From Naegleria gruberi (lineage: Eukaryota), in NCBI GenBank assembly GCA_000004985.1, contig GG738899.1: DNA of 64,000 nucleotides, one strand, 5' to 3'. A model generated the notes under the pieces. The model searched no databases and was not told the origin of the DNA. It saw only the letters and a list, made by a program, of their open reading frames with translations. The position numbers and the translations under genes are program-made. Positions 1 to 11,609 of this stretch are shown here, piece after piece. The first letter of the stretch is position 1. Each line of letters starts with the position of its first letter.

Positions 1-1
1 G

Positions 2-2467
2 GCTATCAAAGCTCTGTTTAATAGACCTGTTCATATTGCGATAGATCATTCAAATGGTGATCTGTATGTCACTGATCAGGGAAATCATGCTATCCGAAAG
101 ATTACTTGGGATAAGACCATCAGTACTGTTGCAGGCATAGGCAGATTTGGTACAGATTCCTTTATTGATGGAGTTCCTGCTACAAAGGTCAGTTTGGATA
201 CACCCATCAAGTGTGTGATCGTGGCAGGTGAACTGTACATTCAAGAAAATAGAGGAATTCTTAGAGTTGGTAAAGATGGTACCATTTCTATAGTTATTGA
301 CATCAAGAAGCACTTTTACTATGCAAAGCAATTCGAATTGTTGACATTCGACATTTCCCAAGATGGATCCATTGTTTACGTTGCCATGAGCTTTGATAAT
401 TCAGTTTTTATCAAGCAGTATCATGAAAGTAATGAAACTTGGACTCATGTAATGGGTACAGAAAATTCTGAAAGCAGTTGTCTCTCTCTTCCCAATTGGG
501 AAGAAGGTTATTATTTGAATCCTTCCAATTATACACTCTGCCATGTTACAGATATGATATTTACAAAAGATGGAGCGATGATTCTCATAGACACTTATTC
601 CAAAAATTATACTGAGATTACTAATTCTGATGTTCCAATGGATATTCAACCAATGTCTGCAATTCATCGTTTAGAACAAGATGGAACGCTTTCTGTATTA
701 ATGACCTCAACTAGAGGCTATACATTCGGTGGACTGGGGGTTTATCCAAATGGAGATTCAATAATTTATACTGTCCAAGAAGAAAATGTGAAGAAAATTA
801 TTGAAACTCATATTACTTGTAGAGAATATTTGAAACTGTCCAGTGAAAGAAGGAACTGTGTACCAGTATGTGACACCAGACCAGCTGATGATCCAAAGGT
901 CTGTGGTGGACATGGCACTTGTCAAGATACTAATAAGTGTGTATGTAATGATGGTTTCAATCCTGAAACATTTTGTAAATCTCCAATGTGTTTTGGAGAT
1001 TTTTCAGAAACTGGAGGATGTTCTGGTCATGGCAAATGCGTTGATTATGATAAATGTTCATGCAATTATGGCTATTGGGGGGACAATTGTCAATATCCAT
1101 GGAGTTTTACAATTATCATTATTGGTTGTATCATTTTGGTTGTAGCTTTAATGTGTGAGTTCAGTACTATCTTTGGTTGTTACATTTACTTGGACAACAA
1201 GAGGAAACATAAAGTGTTGGAGGGTGAACATTCAGACATGCTGGACGACTACAAGAGTGCTCAACAAGATGTTGCCGATATGAGGGGAATAGTTAAAGTG
1301 GTAGAATTTACAAATGCCATTTCCAGTAATCAAAGGTCCACCTTCAATATTAATGGAGAAAGCTATCCATGTTCGTTTGAGGCAAGAAAAAGGTACTTAC
1401 ATATTGAACCCAATGATTTTGGTGTTAAAACTGTGCTATGCAACAATTTAAGGCCATTACTAGTTTACAGCAAAATCTGGCAATTTACAATAGAGAGAAA
1501 TGATCAGATTGCAAGTATTCGTAATGTTGCTTACTTTGTAAATAGTTTAAAATCCAAACCATCCGAGTCCAAATCATCTGAGTATGAAGCTTATCCATAC
1601 CTATTTGTGACATTGAAACACTATCCACTTAGTAACCTTTCCATAAGGACTGAAAAAAGAATTTTACAAAAACTGTTTACAAAAGAAGGAATGAGAAAGG
1701 CATGTCTTAGTATGGCAAAAGCAATAGCTCGATTCCACAATACTTTGGGCTTAATCCATTGCGATATTGCTCTCAAAAATTTCGTAATTGAAGAACTTGG
1801 AAATGGAGAATTAGTTTTCATTTTGATAGATTTTGATGCAGCAAGATTCATCAAGCCAGAAGATGCCACAAAAATGTTACAGAACAATAAGCGAGTATCA
1901 GTGGATAGTTCACAAGGAATCCAACCGCTCTCAGACAATTCCCTAGATGAATATACTATTTCACATTTAACAGGAAACGAGGATTACCAAAATACGACAC
2001 AGAGGGATCTTTATGCCTATGGGGCAACCATTGAAGAACTTTACGATATTTTCCTTTTTCAAATTACAAACATAATTAATGAACTCACTGATATGATTTC
2101 TAATTCCAAGTTTACTGAAGAAAAAGAACGTTTAACAATGGAGATTAAGGCATTTGAAGAAGTAATTCCAAATCACTCTGAAATGTTGAACTATTTCGAA
2201 AGCAATGTGAAGCCAATTGTTGCAAAATTGAAAAATCATGAGTATCAAACAGACTACAAATCAGAAATGTATCTCATTGAACTATTTTCAGATGAAACAT
2301 TTTCTCAAACTCTAAAGAATGAACAACAAGTTTCACCTTTGTCTCACAATACAGCATCAGTCATAACTCCACATCAAAATCCAACACAAACAACAACAAC
2401 TTTAAGCTCAAATCAACCAGAAGAGATTGATGATGAACAAAGTATTCTTTTGCGCAATAGAAGATAA
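2..2467 (+). CDS. Receptor-like transmembrane protein, 5'-truncated at the window edge. Extracellular NHL repeats, two EGF-like modules, one TM helix, and an atypical intracellular kinase-like domain of aminoglycoside-phosphotransferase type (HCDIALKN...IDFDAA)
   Basis: The frame is open from nt 2 and continuous with ORF 194..2467. The translation starts mid-repeat with NHL consensus (AIDHSNGDLYVTDQGNHAIRKI). EGF-like Cys spacing is CxCxxGFxxxxC (CGGHGTCQDTNKCVCNDGF, CSGHGKCVDYDKCSCNYGYWGDNC). The hydrophobic stretch FTIIIIGCIILVVALMC follows. The C-terminal HxDxxxxN...DFD motif marks a protein-kinase-like fold but lacks the HRD/DFG of canonical kinases. Confidence 0.6.
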   Translation, partial: AIKALFNRPVHIAIDHSNGDLYVTDQGNHAIRKITWDKTISTVAGIGRFGTDSFIDGVPATKVSLDTPIKCVIVAGELYIQENRGILRVGKDGTISIVIDIKKHFYYAKQFELLTFDISQDGSIVYVAMSFDNSVFIKQYHESNETWTHVMGTENSESSCLSLPNWEEGYYLNPSNYTLCHVTDMIFTKDGAMILIDTYSKNYTEITNSDVPMDIQPMSAIHRLEQDGTLSVLMTSTRGYTFGGLGVYPNGDSIIYTVQEENVKKIIETHITCREYLKLSSERRNCVPVCDTRPADDPKVCGGHGTCQDTNKCVCNDGFNPETFCKSPMCFGDFSETGGCSGHGKCVDYDKCSCNYGYWGDNCQYPWSFTIIIIGCIILVVALMCEFSTIFGCYIYLDNKRKHKVLEGEHSDMLDDYKSAQQDVADMRGIVKVVEFTNAISSNQRSTFNINGESYPCSFEARKRYLHIEPNDFGVKTVLCNNLRPLLVYSKIWQFTIERNDQIASIRNVAYFVNSLKSKPSESKSSEYEAYPYLFVTLKHYPLSNLSIRTEKRILQKLFTKEGMRKACLSMAKAIARFHNTLGLIHCDIALKNFVIEELGNGELVFILIDFDAARFIKPEDATKMLQNNKRVSVDSSQGIQPLSDNSLDEYTISHLTGNEDYQNTTQRDLYAYGATIEELYDIFLFQITNIINELTDMISNSKFTEEKERLTMEIKAFEEVIPNHSEMLNYFESNVKPIVAKLKNHEYQTDYKSEMYLIELFSDETFSQTLKNEQQVSPLSHNTASVITPHQNPTQTTTTLSSNQPEEIDDEQSILLRNRR

Positions 2468-2650
2468 TCAGTTATTAGTTTAAAATCGTTTGATTTCTTA
2501 CAAAATTATCTTGCATAAAATTCAATTATACAAATTGAAATTACAATATTTTGATGTTAGCACAATCTTGTTGACTAACTCAAAGAATATTCAACCTTCC
2601 TTATTGTAATCCAACTCTTCCCAATTTGTAAATATTCATTAATAAGTACG

Positions 2651-4451
2651 ATGATGGAGCAAATAAGAAACACATCCTTCCAAAACTTGCCTATTTCTCT
2701 CTCACTACTGCCGAATTTCAAAAAAATCAACACCTTTCGATTCAAAAAACCATTCGAAACCTTTGGTCCCATCATATCTCTAAACTTTAAAAAAACTAAA
2801 CCAGCATGTCTTCACTGCCCACAACTCATAATCAACACCACACAAAATACTACAATAGAAAGTCTTCCACCGAGTCCAACTAATTCGTCCAACTCTAAAC
2901 GAAAGAGTTTCGAATTAAAATTCAATCCACATGATTACGTTCTAGTTTTCGAACACGTCATGAATGATAAAGAATGTAAAGATCTTTTCCATGAATATTT
3001 GACGAAACATGCAAAATCTGCTGAATTGTTGGATTTTCTTAATGATTATCGTGAATATGTGGTTTATTACTTTAGTTTGAATTTGAGGGCGAAACCTTCG
3101 TGTTTGATAAAGGACGTTTGGAAGAAAGTGCCAGAGAGAAAGACTGAACCTGAGAAGGAAAGCGAAGAAGTGTTGGTTATTCGAAAGAATAAGAAATTAG
3201 ACGATTTTCATGCAATGGCAAGGAATTTAATGGAAAAATATATTATCGAGGGTTCACAACATGAAATTAATATTAGTTCTTGTAGGAAAGATATCATACA
3301 GAGATGGAATAACATTAATAACTTTTTGATATCTGACAGTATTAGGACGACAGTTCAAGGATTGACACAAGTTATTGATTTGTTGAATCCTGAAACCTTG
3401 TTCAGAAGTTCAAGTAATTTAGTTCGAGTTGATTTGGAATATGATCAATTTCCTCGTTTTGTTAGAAGTGATTTAGTTTATCAATTCCTAAAAAGGAAAG
3501 GTGAAGGATTTACTCGATCTGTGGCTTTGAATGTTTCACAGGGATACAGATTAGATATTAGATTTAAACCTCACGAGTTGGTTTCCAAGAAAATTGACGA
3601 CAAGATGATTTATTTCGGTAAGTTGTTGAATATTCGAAATGTTTAATGATTTTGTGAAATAATTAATAGGTTACACCCTCCTACAAGATACACCTGACTG
3701 GGAATGTATTCATGACAAGAATGAATCTCAAGTTTTCATCTCCAAAACCAATTACACATTCGGTCTGAATTCGAATAATTTGAAACTAAAGAAACTTACC
3801 TTCTCAATTCCTTACAGTTTAGAGAACTTTTGGGCAATCTACGTAGATACAGAACTATACACGAAATACAAAATATTCCAAACGAAAAACTACAAATTTC
3901 GTCAATATATTGAACCAAATTCAGGTAAAACCGATCAGTCAACTGGAGAATTATTGGATAATCAACTGGCAATGGCTCAAGTTCAATCCTCACTTCGTCT
4001 CGTTCCATTTACCAAATCTAGACAATATTCAGTGATTACTACAGTGATTTATGAACCTCTTCTTGATTGTATCGTTCAAATTTCACCAACTTATAGAGAT
4101 CCAAATGTTGGAAATGAAAATGTGTTGGTTATTGGACTTTCGTACAGTTTTTTCTTTAGAATGAGAGATGGCTCGACTAGAGTAGTTTTGATTACGTATT
4201 CTGATATGAATTTTAATATTCCTTCCTTTGTAGAATCTCGAGCTCTGGTATTTAGTGTCAAAAATTTCAAAAAGGGAATTGTCAAAGCTTTGGATGAATT
4301 GACAGGAAAAGACAAGTCAAAAGTAATTGAATACAAGGATGATCAAGAACGTCCTTGGAATATCATCATGGAGGTCAATAAGAACATGTTCCCAAATCGA
4401 TCTTGGTTTAAGGAATGGAATGAACAAATGGAAGAAAAAGAAGAGCAATAA
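2651..4451 (+). CDS. RGS-domain protein with a C-terminal START/Bet-v1-like lipid-binding-type domain. Two exons: join(2651..3617,3670..4451)
   Basis: The ORFs at 2651..3646 and 3780..4451 are joined by a 52-nt intron (GTAAGT at 3618, AATAG acceptor ending 3669) that keeps the frame: ...MIYFG|YTLLQDTPDWECIHD.... An RGS-like motif is present (LVFEHVMNDKECKDLFHEYLTKHAKSAELLDFLNDYREY). Confidence 0.55.
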
Positions 4452-4813
4452 GGAGTTGTTTATAAATGGAATTTTTACTTATTCTATAACATCAACAACA
4501 AAAGTTCGCCTCTCTCTCACCTGATTGAATCTTCTCCTGGGTGTTGAGGGGAAATTTGGAGTTGTATTCAATTTTTGGGTTCCTTATTCGAGATATGAAA
4601 ATCCTTCACCACCTGCATTCTCAATTTCGATGGGAACTGATCTAATCTTGTCTCAATACGAGGAGGTAGTGACAAGACTCATTTACACTTTCAATGTTCA
4701 AGAAATTAAATTTACCAGAGAGTAGGTAAACCATAAAATTCATTAGTAAATATAACATTCAGTTCACTTTCTAATAATTAATTGGTCACCAATTCTAACT
4801 TAGTAAAATAAAA

Positions 4814-4885
4814 AGCCCTAGAGATGTTTCGATCATCTGACCTCAACCTTATGAGGGTTATGCTCTCCCACTGAGCTACGAGGGC
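4814..4885 (-). tRNA. tRNA-Met: tRNA-Met (anticodon CAT), eukaryotic initiator-type (A54, A60 in the T-loop), with one acceptor-stem mismatch
   Basis: The minus-strand sequence GCCCTCGTAGCTCAGTGGGAGAGCATAACCCTCATAAGGTTGAGGTCAGATGATCGAAACATCTCTAGGGC folds as a cloverleaf: U8, A14, G18G19, D-stem GCTC/GAGC, anticodon loop CTCATAA. The T-loop ATCGAAA is the initiator hallmark (human tRNAi-Met has GGATCGAAACC). Acceptor pair 6:67 is a C:T mismatch. Confidence 0.7.
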
Positions 4886-5366
4886 TTTGATCAACAAAAC
4901 CAAAAAATATCAAAATTATCGTAAACGAAAAAGATTTTAAATTCCAAAAATTCATTTAAATTAAACTTTAAAGTTTGTTAAAATTGGTTTTTACAATGTC
5001 ACCGTAGTGTGAACACCAAACTGTAAAGTGTTGAACTCGTCAATTAGAAATATTTGAACTTTACAATAAAAAATTCTTGCCTGAATTAATTGACAATTGT
5101 AGCCATGCACTTCCACTCCTGTTTTAAAGAACCATTACAATGAACATTTTTCCGTACAAAGATAAAATGTGCTAAGTGATAATTCCTTGTTAATAACCAG
5201 CTTAGATGTTTGGGTTTCCAAATTCTGTTTCTGGCCATAACAAGCTGTCATTCTACTTTATTGATCACTGACAGCTACCAAATGATTGGATTGAACAAAA
5301 ATAAACACTTCAAAAACCTCTTCATTGTTCTTTTTAAAAATAATAAATTTAAAAAAAACCAAACAA

Positions 5367-6461
5367 ATGAAATCACTATTGCTACTTTTCACACTCTTGG
5401 CAACTGCAATTCTCATTGCTGGCCACAAAGTCACAGAAAAGACAATCATCAGCTCTGAAAAGATAGGTTACGGTGTGTTGAAGGGTCCAGAATCTATTGT
5501 GTGGGATCCAGTCCATGCTGATGTATTATATACTGGTATTAATGATGGTAGTATCATGAGAGTAAATGTCACGTCAGGTGTCAGTACTGTTTACGCTTAT
5601 TCTGTCCCAGCTTTGAATGCCACACAAAGAGCTGTCTGTGGTACAAGCGTGTTATATGAAGGTACCTGTGGTAGAGTTTTGGGAATGGTATTTGATAAGA
5701 ATAACAATTTAATTGTCGCTGATGCTTACAAGGGATTGTTGAGAATTTCCAGAGCTAATCCAAGTCAAGTTGAAGTTTTGGTCAATTCATACAATGGAGT
5801 CCCATTCAAGATGACAAACTCAGTTGTCTTGTTGAAGGATGGTAAGACTGTCTATTTCACTGATTCTTCCCTTCTCTATTCAAGACTTTACTTTGTGTCC
5901 ATCGTTGTGGCCAACAATCCAGATGGAAGATTATTCAAATTCGATTTGGAAACCAAGCAATTGCAAGTTGTCATTTCTGATTTGAAATTTGCCAATGGTA
6001 TTGCTGTTTCCAAAGATGAATCCTTCCTCGTTATCAATGAATGTTCATCTGGCTCATTAAGAAGATTCTACTTAAAGGGAAGAAAGGCCGGAACTAATGA
6101 TGTTTTCGTTCAAGATATTGGTGGATATGCTGATAATATCAAGACTGATGATGATGGCAATTTCCTAGTTGGTTTATTCTCAAATACCACTCAAGAAGTT
6201 ACTGCCATTCATGATTCTGCCAAGTTGAAGAATATTTTCCTGACCATTGTGCCAGCAACTACCACTTTGGGAATGATTGTTCCACAAGGATTGGTTAAGA
6301 AGGTCAATCAAAAGGGAAAGATTACAACTGTTTATTCTGATAAGACTGCTACTTTTGCTTTGCAAGTTTCTGAAGCTGATGTCAGAGGTGGATATTTGTA
6401 TTTGTGTTCAGTTTTGAACCCTTGGTTGACCAGAGTTAACTTGTCAACTGGTTTGCAATAA
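5367..6461 (+). CDS. Strictosidine-synthase-like / APMAP-like six-bladed beta-propeller protein with an N-terminal signal anchor
   Basis: Single 365-aa exon. N-terminal MKSLLLLFTLLATAILIAG, then GPESIVWDPVHADVLYTGINDGSIMRV and FTDSS.. motifs typical of the strictosidine synthase/SMP-30 superfamily. The ATG at 5367 is the first in-frame ATG; the track ORF begins upstream at 5325 with a non-ATG codon. Confidence 0.7.
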   Translation: MKSLLLLFTLLATAILIAGHKVTEKTIISSEKIGYGVLKGPESIVWDPVHADVLYTGINDGSIMRVNVTSGVSTVYAYSVPALNATQRAVCGTSVLYEGTCGRVLGMVFDKNNNLIVADAYKGLLRISRANPSQVEVLVNSYNGVPFKMTNSVVLLKDGKTVYFTDSSLLYSRLYFVSIVVANNPDGRLFKFDLETKQLQVVISDLKFANGIAVSKDESFLVINECSSGSLRRFYLKGRKAGTNDVFVQDIGGYADNIKTDDDGNFLVGLFSNTTQEVTAIHDSAKLKNIFLTIVPATTTLGMIVPQGLVKKVNQKGKITTVYSDKTATFALQVSEADVRGGYLYLCSVLNPWLTRVNLSTGLQ

Positions 6462-7021
6462 GTGTATTATATTGAATGTGTTGATATTTTCACATTTGTA
6501 AATAAAATTGTAAATTAAAGTTTCAACACAAATAATCAAATTTTCAATTTTTTAGAAATAATTAAAAAAAAATTAAAATCATGATTTCTGTTGCTCTTTC
6601 TTGATATCGATTATTATTCGAGATGCTTGATTTTTGTGATTAGATTAACAACAACAAGCACTGGAAAGTCCTCGTCTTCGGAACGACACTTCCAATTTTC
6701 TTCTTCTCAATTAATATTAATCAACTTTACCTGATGACTGATGTAATATTGTCATCATGAATGATGAACAAAAGTACTTTGTTTTCACCAGATCACACAA
6801 TTAGATTAATAACAAACAACTCGAACAAACAACTGAAACAAGCCTTACAATATCACCACAACAGAAAACTTCCATAATAATACCTCACGCAACAACACAG
6901 AGAACAAGAGAACAGGTTCACATCACCGTAAAACACTACCCAAAGAACAAAATTGCTGCAACAACAACAAATTGTGCAATGCTGCTCTCTCTGAAACGTT
7001 CACTTTGCACTGCGCATCTAG

Positions 7022-9331
7022 ATGCCTTCTTTGGCTCTGAAACTACTCTTGGTAGGAGTAAAGAAAATGTCTCTACAGCATCAGCAGCAACAGAAAGAAC
7101 AAGTACTGCAGTCAAATGCAAATAATGGACAAATTGTGGATGTTAGTACAGGTAGTGATGATGATAATAATGGATTGGAAGATGAAGGAAAAGGAGTGAA
7201 TTTGCATCATGTTCATAACATGTATGGACAAGTTAATAATGATGAAAATAATGGAGTAGTAACAACAACAATTGAAAGGACAATAGTAATGGATAATGAT
7301 GAGGATTCGGGTAGTAGAATAGCACTGGAATTGAATGCCATTCCACAGGAAGCTACACTGAATGGAAATGTAAAGACAACAACTTTGAATGATGTAATTG
7401 TTAAATCTACTTCACAGATCAAGTTGGAATTTCATGATGATCCCCTAGTTGAGGAACATGAGAGATGTTTCATGGAGTGGAGAAATGTGTGCTATCCAGT
7501 GGGAGGTAATAATTTAATTGTGAGAAATGTGAGTGGATTTGTTGCTCCTGGAAAGATTACAGCCATTATCGGTTCAGCGTTGAGTGGAAAAACAACTCTA
7601 TTGTCCATTCTATCACAAAGAGGAAATTACAAGGATTTTGGAGGATTAATTCTAATTAATGGAAAAGTTGTAAGGACATGTAAGGAAGGACCATGTGCTA
7701 AAATCTCATCAACTCAATACAAATCACTGATAGCTCATGTCCCAAAGCATTTTACAGCCTCTCATCCATTTCTTACTGTGAGGGAGATTTTGAATTTCAC
7801 AGTCAAACTGAAATTGACCAGTGTTAAAAGTGCACTCACCAAATGCAGAGAAGAACGATTAGAATACCTATTGACCAAGTATGAGCTGAAAGAAAAGGAG
7901 GATGAATTGTATTCAAAACTAGGAGTAGCAGAGAAGAGAAGATTGCACATTGCTGTACAGAATGTTCTCAAACATAGAGTTTTGCTACTGGAATATCCAA
8001 CTGATGGTTTGGAATTTGGAGAGGCATCCAGAATTATTAGAATTATGAAATCAATTGCCAAGATGGGAGTTGGTGTTGTTCTTACTTCACACAAACCAAG
8101 TTTATTAGAATTGGAATTATTCGACTACATTTCAATACTCAATAGAGGTAATCAATTATATTTTGGTCCTCCTGGTGAATTAATTCAATACTTTTCGAGA
8201 ATTGGTGTCAAACTTCACAACACCAACCATAATGAAGTGGGATTCTTGTTCCAAGTCATTTCTCTGCTTCAGGCAGAATCATTCCATCCAATGTACACCG
8301 ACACTTATGATACAAAGGAAAATACAGAGAGATTTTCCATAGAGTACGTAAGGCAAACAGAAGAGTTTTACATTCCAATGAAAAACAAGGAAGAAGCACC
8401 ATATTTGACCAATGACCTGACTCGTTTTCATTTTGAACCTTATTATGCCAACTTTTTCTATTCAGTATTCTTTCTGATGGCTAGAAATTACTTGAGCCGA
8501 ATTAGGAATTGGAAGGTTGAATTTCTAATTCCACTATTGGAAAAATTGGCTGTTTCAATATTTATTGGACTGCTTTATTTCCAAATTGATGAGGGAAATA
8601 TGTCGCTGAGAGGAAAGATTTTCACCTTTCTCAATCTTAATATCTCCCTTACTTTTACTGCGAGCTTGAAGAATCTTATCAATCAAATACCAATGTTAAC
8701 TCAGGAGAGAAACAGCTCTATCTACAGAACCAGTGTATTTTTCATTTCAAAAACCATTGAGGATTTGATAGAAACTTCGATTTTATCTCTATTATTTGGT
8801 TGGATTGTTTACTTTATGACTAACTTGAGATTGGAATATGACAGAGTATTAACGTTTGGACTGATTTTTGCAACCTACCATTGGACTTGTGTCAGTTTTG
8901 CGCAAATGCTGGTTTCTCTGATTCCTGTCCCACCATTGCTAAATTTAATTACACCAGTAATTAATATCATGTTCATATTAACGAGTGGGGTGTACGGTTT
9001 TCCGAACACTGATTGGTTGTCGTGGTTTAAATATTTGAACTATCTCTTTTATGGTTTCAAAGCAATGTCTCTCAATGAATTTGATATTCAATTGGAAATT
9101 CCAACAAATACTACCTGGCCTGCTAATTATTATACCAATGGAACCTATTTCCTCTACAAAAATTATGGATATTCAGATCCTCATTACATGATGTGGGTCT
9201 ATTTTGGAATTCTCACTTCTTTTTGGATTGTTTGTAAGATTCTGAGCTATGTTGGATTAAGATTAGTGTATGGAAAGAAGAGTTATATTCGACTTGCCAA
9301 GAAACTACTACGTTCATGGAAGAATACTTGA
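7022..9331 (+). CDS. ABCG-type (White-like) half transporter, NBD-TMD order, with a degenerate nucleotide-binding site
   Basis: Walker A-like GSALSGKTTLLSIL. The ABC signature is degraded to GVAEKRRLHIAV (consensus LSGGQRKRVSIA). Walker B reads VLLLEYPTDGLE (consensus LLLDEPTSGLD), so the catalytic Glu is replaced by Tyr. Six predicted TM helices follow (ABC2_membrane-like). Low-complexity Q/N-rich N-terminus. Confidence 0.65.
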   Translation: MPSLALKLLLVGVKKMSLQHQQQQKEQVLQSNANNGQIVDVSTGSDDDNNGLEDEGKGVNLHHVHNMYGQVNNDENNGVVTTTIERTIVMDNDEDSGSRIALELNAIPQEATLNGNVKTTTLNDVIVKSTSQIKLEFHDDPLVEEHERCFMEWRNVCYPVGGNNLIVRNVSGFVAPGKITAIIGSALSGKTTLLSILSQRGNYKDFGGLILINGKVVRTCKEGPCAKISSTQYKSLIAHVPKHFTASHPFLTVREILNFTVKLKLTSVKSALTKCREERLEYLLTKYELKEKEDELYSKLGVAEKRRLHIAVQNVLKHRVLLLEYPTDGLEFGEASRIIRIMKSIAKMGVGVVLTSHKPSLLELELFDYISILNRGNQLYFGPPGELIQYFSRIGVKLHNTNHNEVGFLFQVISLLQAESFHPMYTDTYDTKENTERFSIEYVRQTEEFYIPMKNKEEAPYLTNDLTRFHFEPYYANFFYSVFFLMARNYLSRIRNWKVEFLIPLLEKLAVSIFIGLLYFQIDEGNMSLRGKIFTFLNLNISLTFTASLKNLINQIPMLTQERNSSIYRTSVFFISKTIEDLIETSILSLLFGWIVYFMTNLRLEYDRVLTFGLIFATYHWTCVSFAQMLVSLIPVPPLLNLITPVINIMFILTSGVYGFPNTDWLSWFKYLNYLFYGFKAMSLNEFDIQLEIPTNTTWPANYYTNGTYFLYKNYGYSDPHYMMWVYFGILTSFWIVCKILSYVGLRLVYGKKSYIRLAKKLLRSWKNT

Positions 9332-10018
9332 ATGCATTCGTCCTTCCTCAATAAAGATAAAGATCATATACAATCAAACAACTACAGCAGGGTAAAGATA
9401 ATATATCCTCAACAACACTGTTTTAACATGTCCATAAGTAAATAATTTTACATGACTAAACAAGTCTTCTACATCCAAACTAGAACATCAAACCAATTGG
9501 CCATCAAATCATCATTCCACTACATCCTCCTTTCCATTTCATGATTGTATTCATTTCTACTCTGGCCCGAAATATCACACTACGTTACATTCCAGCATAC
9601 TTTCACCCATCATGTACTTGCTTATCACAAGAGATCTTTCAAACAACAACATTTAATCATTCATATTATAAGCAGCAAATAATTACCTTCCTTTCCCCTC
9701 ATCTCATCCATCACCAAATGCTTGCTGTGCTGCTTGACGAGGACACAATTTTTTCATCATTAAAAAAAATCACTAAAATTTTAAGCGGGAACCTTCAAAG
9801 CCTTTGTTCTTCCTCCTTTCCTTCACTGCACACGGCAAGAAACAACAACAACATCATCAGATTATATTGTTGTAGTAATAGTATTTGAAAAGGATACCTT
9901 AGTTATAACTAATTGTTATATTTCCGCTAACGAACGATTATTAAAATTATATATTTCTAGAAGAAGTATTATCATCATTGTCATCATCATTGTACTATAT
10001 TATTATTATTATTAAAAT

Positions 10019-11490
10019 ATGAGAGTATTTAAACAACGTATTAAAGTTAAACTTGGAAAGGCTGAATCTACTCAAGACCCAGAAGGATACAATGACTTAC
10101 GTGATCAAGTGAAAAAGACTGAAAATTATGCTAAAGGAGCTTTAAAGATTGTGAGAGGATATTGTCAAAAATCCGAAGCAATTACAAAGGTTCAAAATGA
10201 AGTTGGTCAATACTTGGTAGAAAGTGGTATGCAAACAAATGATGAAGGTAAGTTAATTTCTAGAGGATTCGGCTCAGTTAATAATTTTATGATGTTTGAT
10301 TGATGAAAATGACGAATTGACACAGTTGGTGAATCTTTGATGAAAATTGGAGAAGGATTAAAATCACTTGCTACTATTCACCATGCCATGTTGGTTAACA
10401 TTGTTGAAAAGTTTATTCAACCAGCTACAGAATTCAAGAAGGAAGTCAAGGATTCTGAAGTTTCTCATAAAAAGTATGACAAGAAGCGTTTGGAATTTGA
10501 TGCCCAAGTAGATCTTGTCAATTCATTAAAGCAAAAGGGTGAAAAGGTAGATCCACAAAAAGTTCAAACAGAAGAAGAAAAACAAACACAATTTGACAAT
10601 GAAAAGGATGAAGCTTTTGAAGAAACATTGGAAGAAACTTGTGATGTTTTGGTAAAGAGACAAACCAAGCACTTGGCACAACTCAATGAATTACTTTTGA
10701 GTTTCCACCACTTTTTTGCTGAAGGTTATACTCTTACACACGATTTGAAGGAACCATTGGAAAAATTAATGGAAAAATCCAACAAGAAAGCTTCCACATT
10801 CAAACAACAAACAGTGGAAAGTGTTTTGGGTGGAGGAGGATCTATCAGATCAACACCATCACAATCTTCATTCACACCTTCAACTAAATCAAACACTGAA
10901 ACATCAACTTCAACAGTCACAACAACCTCAACAGCCAAGTCATCAACTAATACTACTTCAACTAGTGCTGTTGGTGGTATGGGAGCTGCCTTCTCAGCTG
11001 CCAAAAAGACAGAAAGTGCTGCAGCAACAGTTTTGTGTAAATGTAAGGCCATGTATACTTATGATGCTCAGGATAGCACAGAAATTTCATTCACTGAAGG
11101 TGAAACTATTTTGGTTTATGAAAAGGAAGAAGGTGGATGGTGGAGAGGTGCTAGAGAAGCTACTCCAACCAAGTCTGGTATCTTCCCATCTAATTTCGTT
11201 GTAGATTCTAGTGCTTCTTCAGGTAGTGGAAAAACAACAACTGCATTGTATGATGTAAGTATTATTTGTTTTATTGGAATTGATTTATTAATTATTTTAT
11301 CATTTAAAATTATTTTGTTAAATTATTTAAATAGTATGAAGCTCAAGAATCAAACGAATTAACTTTCAAAGCAGGAGAAGTTATTGAAGTCATTGAGGAA
11401 GCAGATGGAGGGTGGTTTATGGGCAAGAATTTGTCAACAAACAAGGTTGGTCTTTTCCCTTCAAACTTTACAGAACTAGGAGCACAATAA
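10019..11490 (+). CDS. BAR-domain protein with two C-terminal SH3 domains (amphiphysin/Rvs167/endophilin-like). join(10019..10247,10326..11254,11334..11490)
   Basis: Intron 1 is 10248..10325 (GTAAGT...CACAG) and intron 2 is 11255..11333 (GTAAGT...AAATAG). The exon 2-3 junction restores a complete SH3 domain (ALYD|YEAQESNELTFKAGEVIEVIEEADGGWFMGKN...GLFPSNF). The first SH3 domain is CKAMYTYDAQDSTEISFTEGETILVYEKEEGGWWRG. The N-terminal 250 aa are helical and BAR-like. Confidence 0.7.
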
Positions 11491-11609
11491 ATATAAATAA
11501 AAATATTAGAAATTAATTTATTAAATTTAAATGTTATTATAATTCCAATAATTCCTAATTATTTAATTGATATTTATTTAATTAATAAATAAAATATTTC
11601 AAAAATAAT

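Noticed and set aside
9541-9888. 115-aa ORF in the intergenic region upstream of the BAR-SH3 gene
   Set aside because: No ATG context, and its composition is that of AT-rich spacer. It lies in a likely promoter/5'-UTR region.
10726-11204. Alternative-frame ORFs (108 and 127 aa) overlapping the BAR-SH3 gene
   Set aside because: They are shadow ORFs in a T/S/Q-rich low-complexity linker. The SH3 domains and intron structure fix the true frame.
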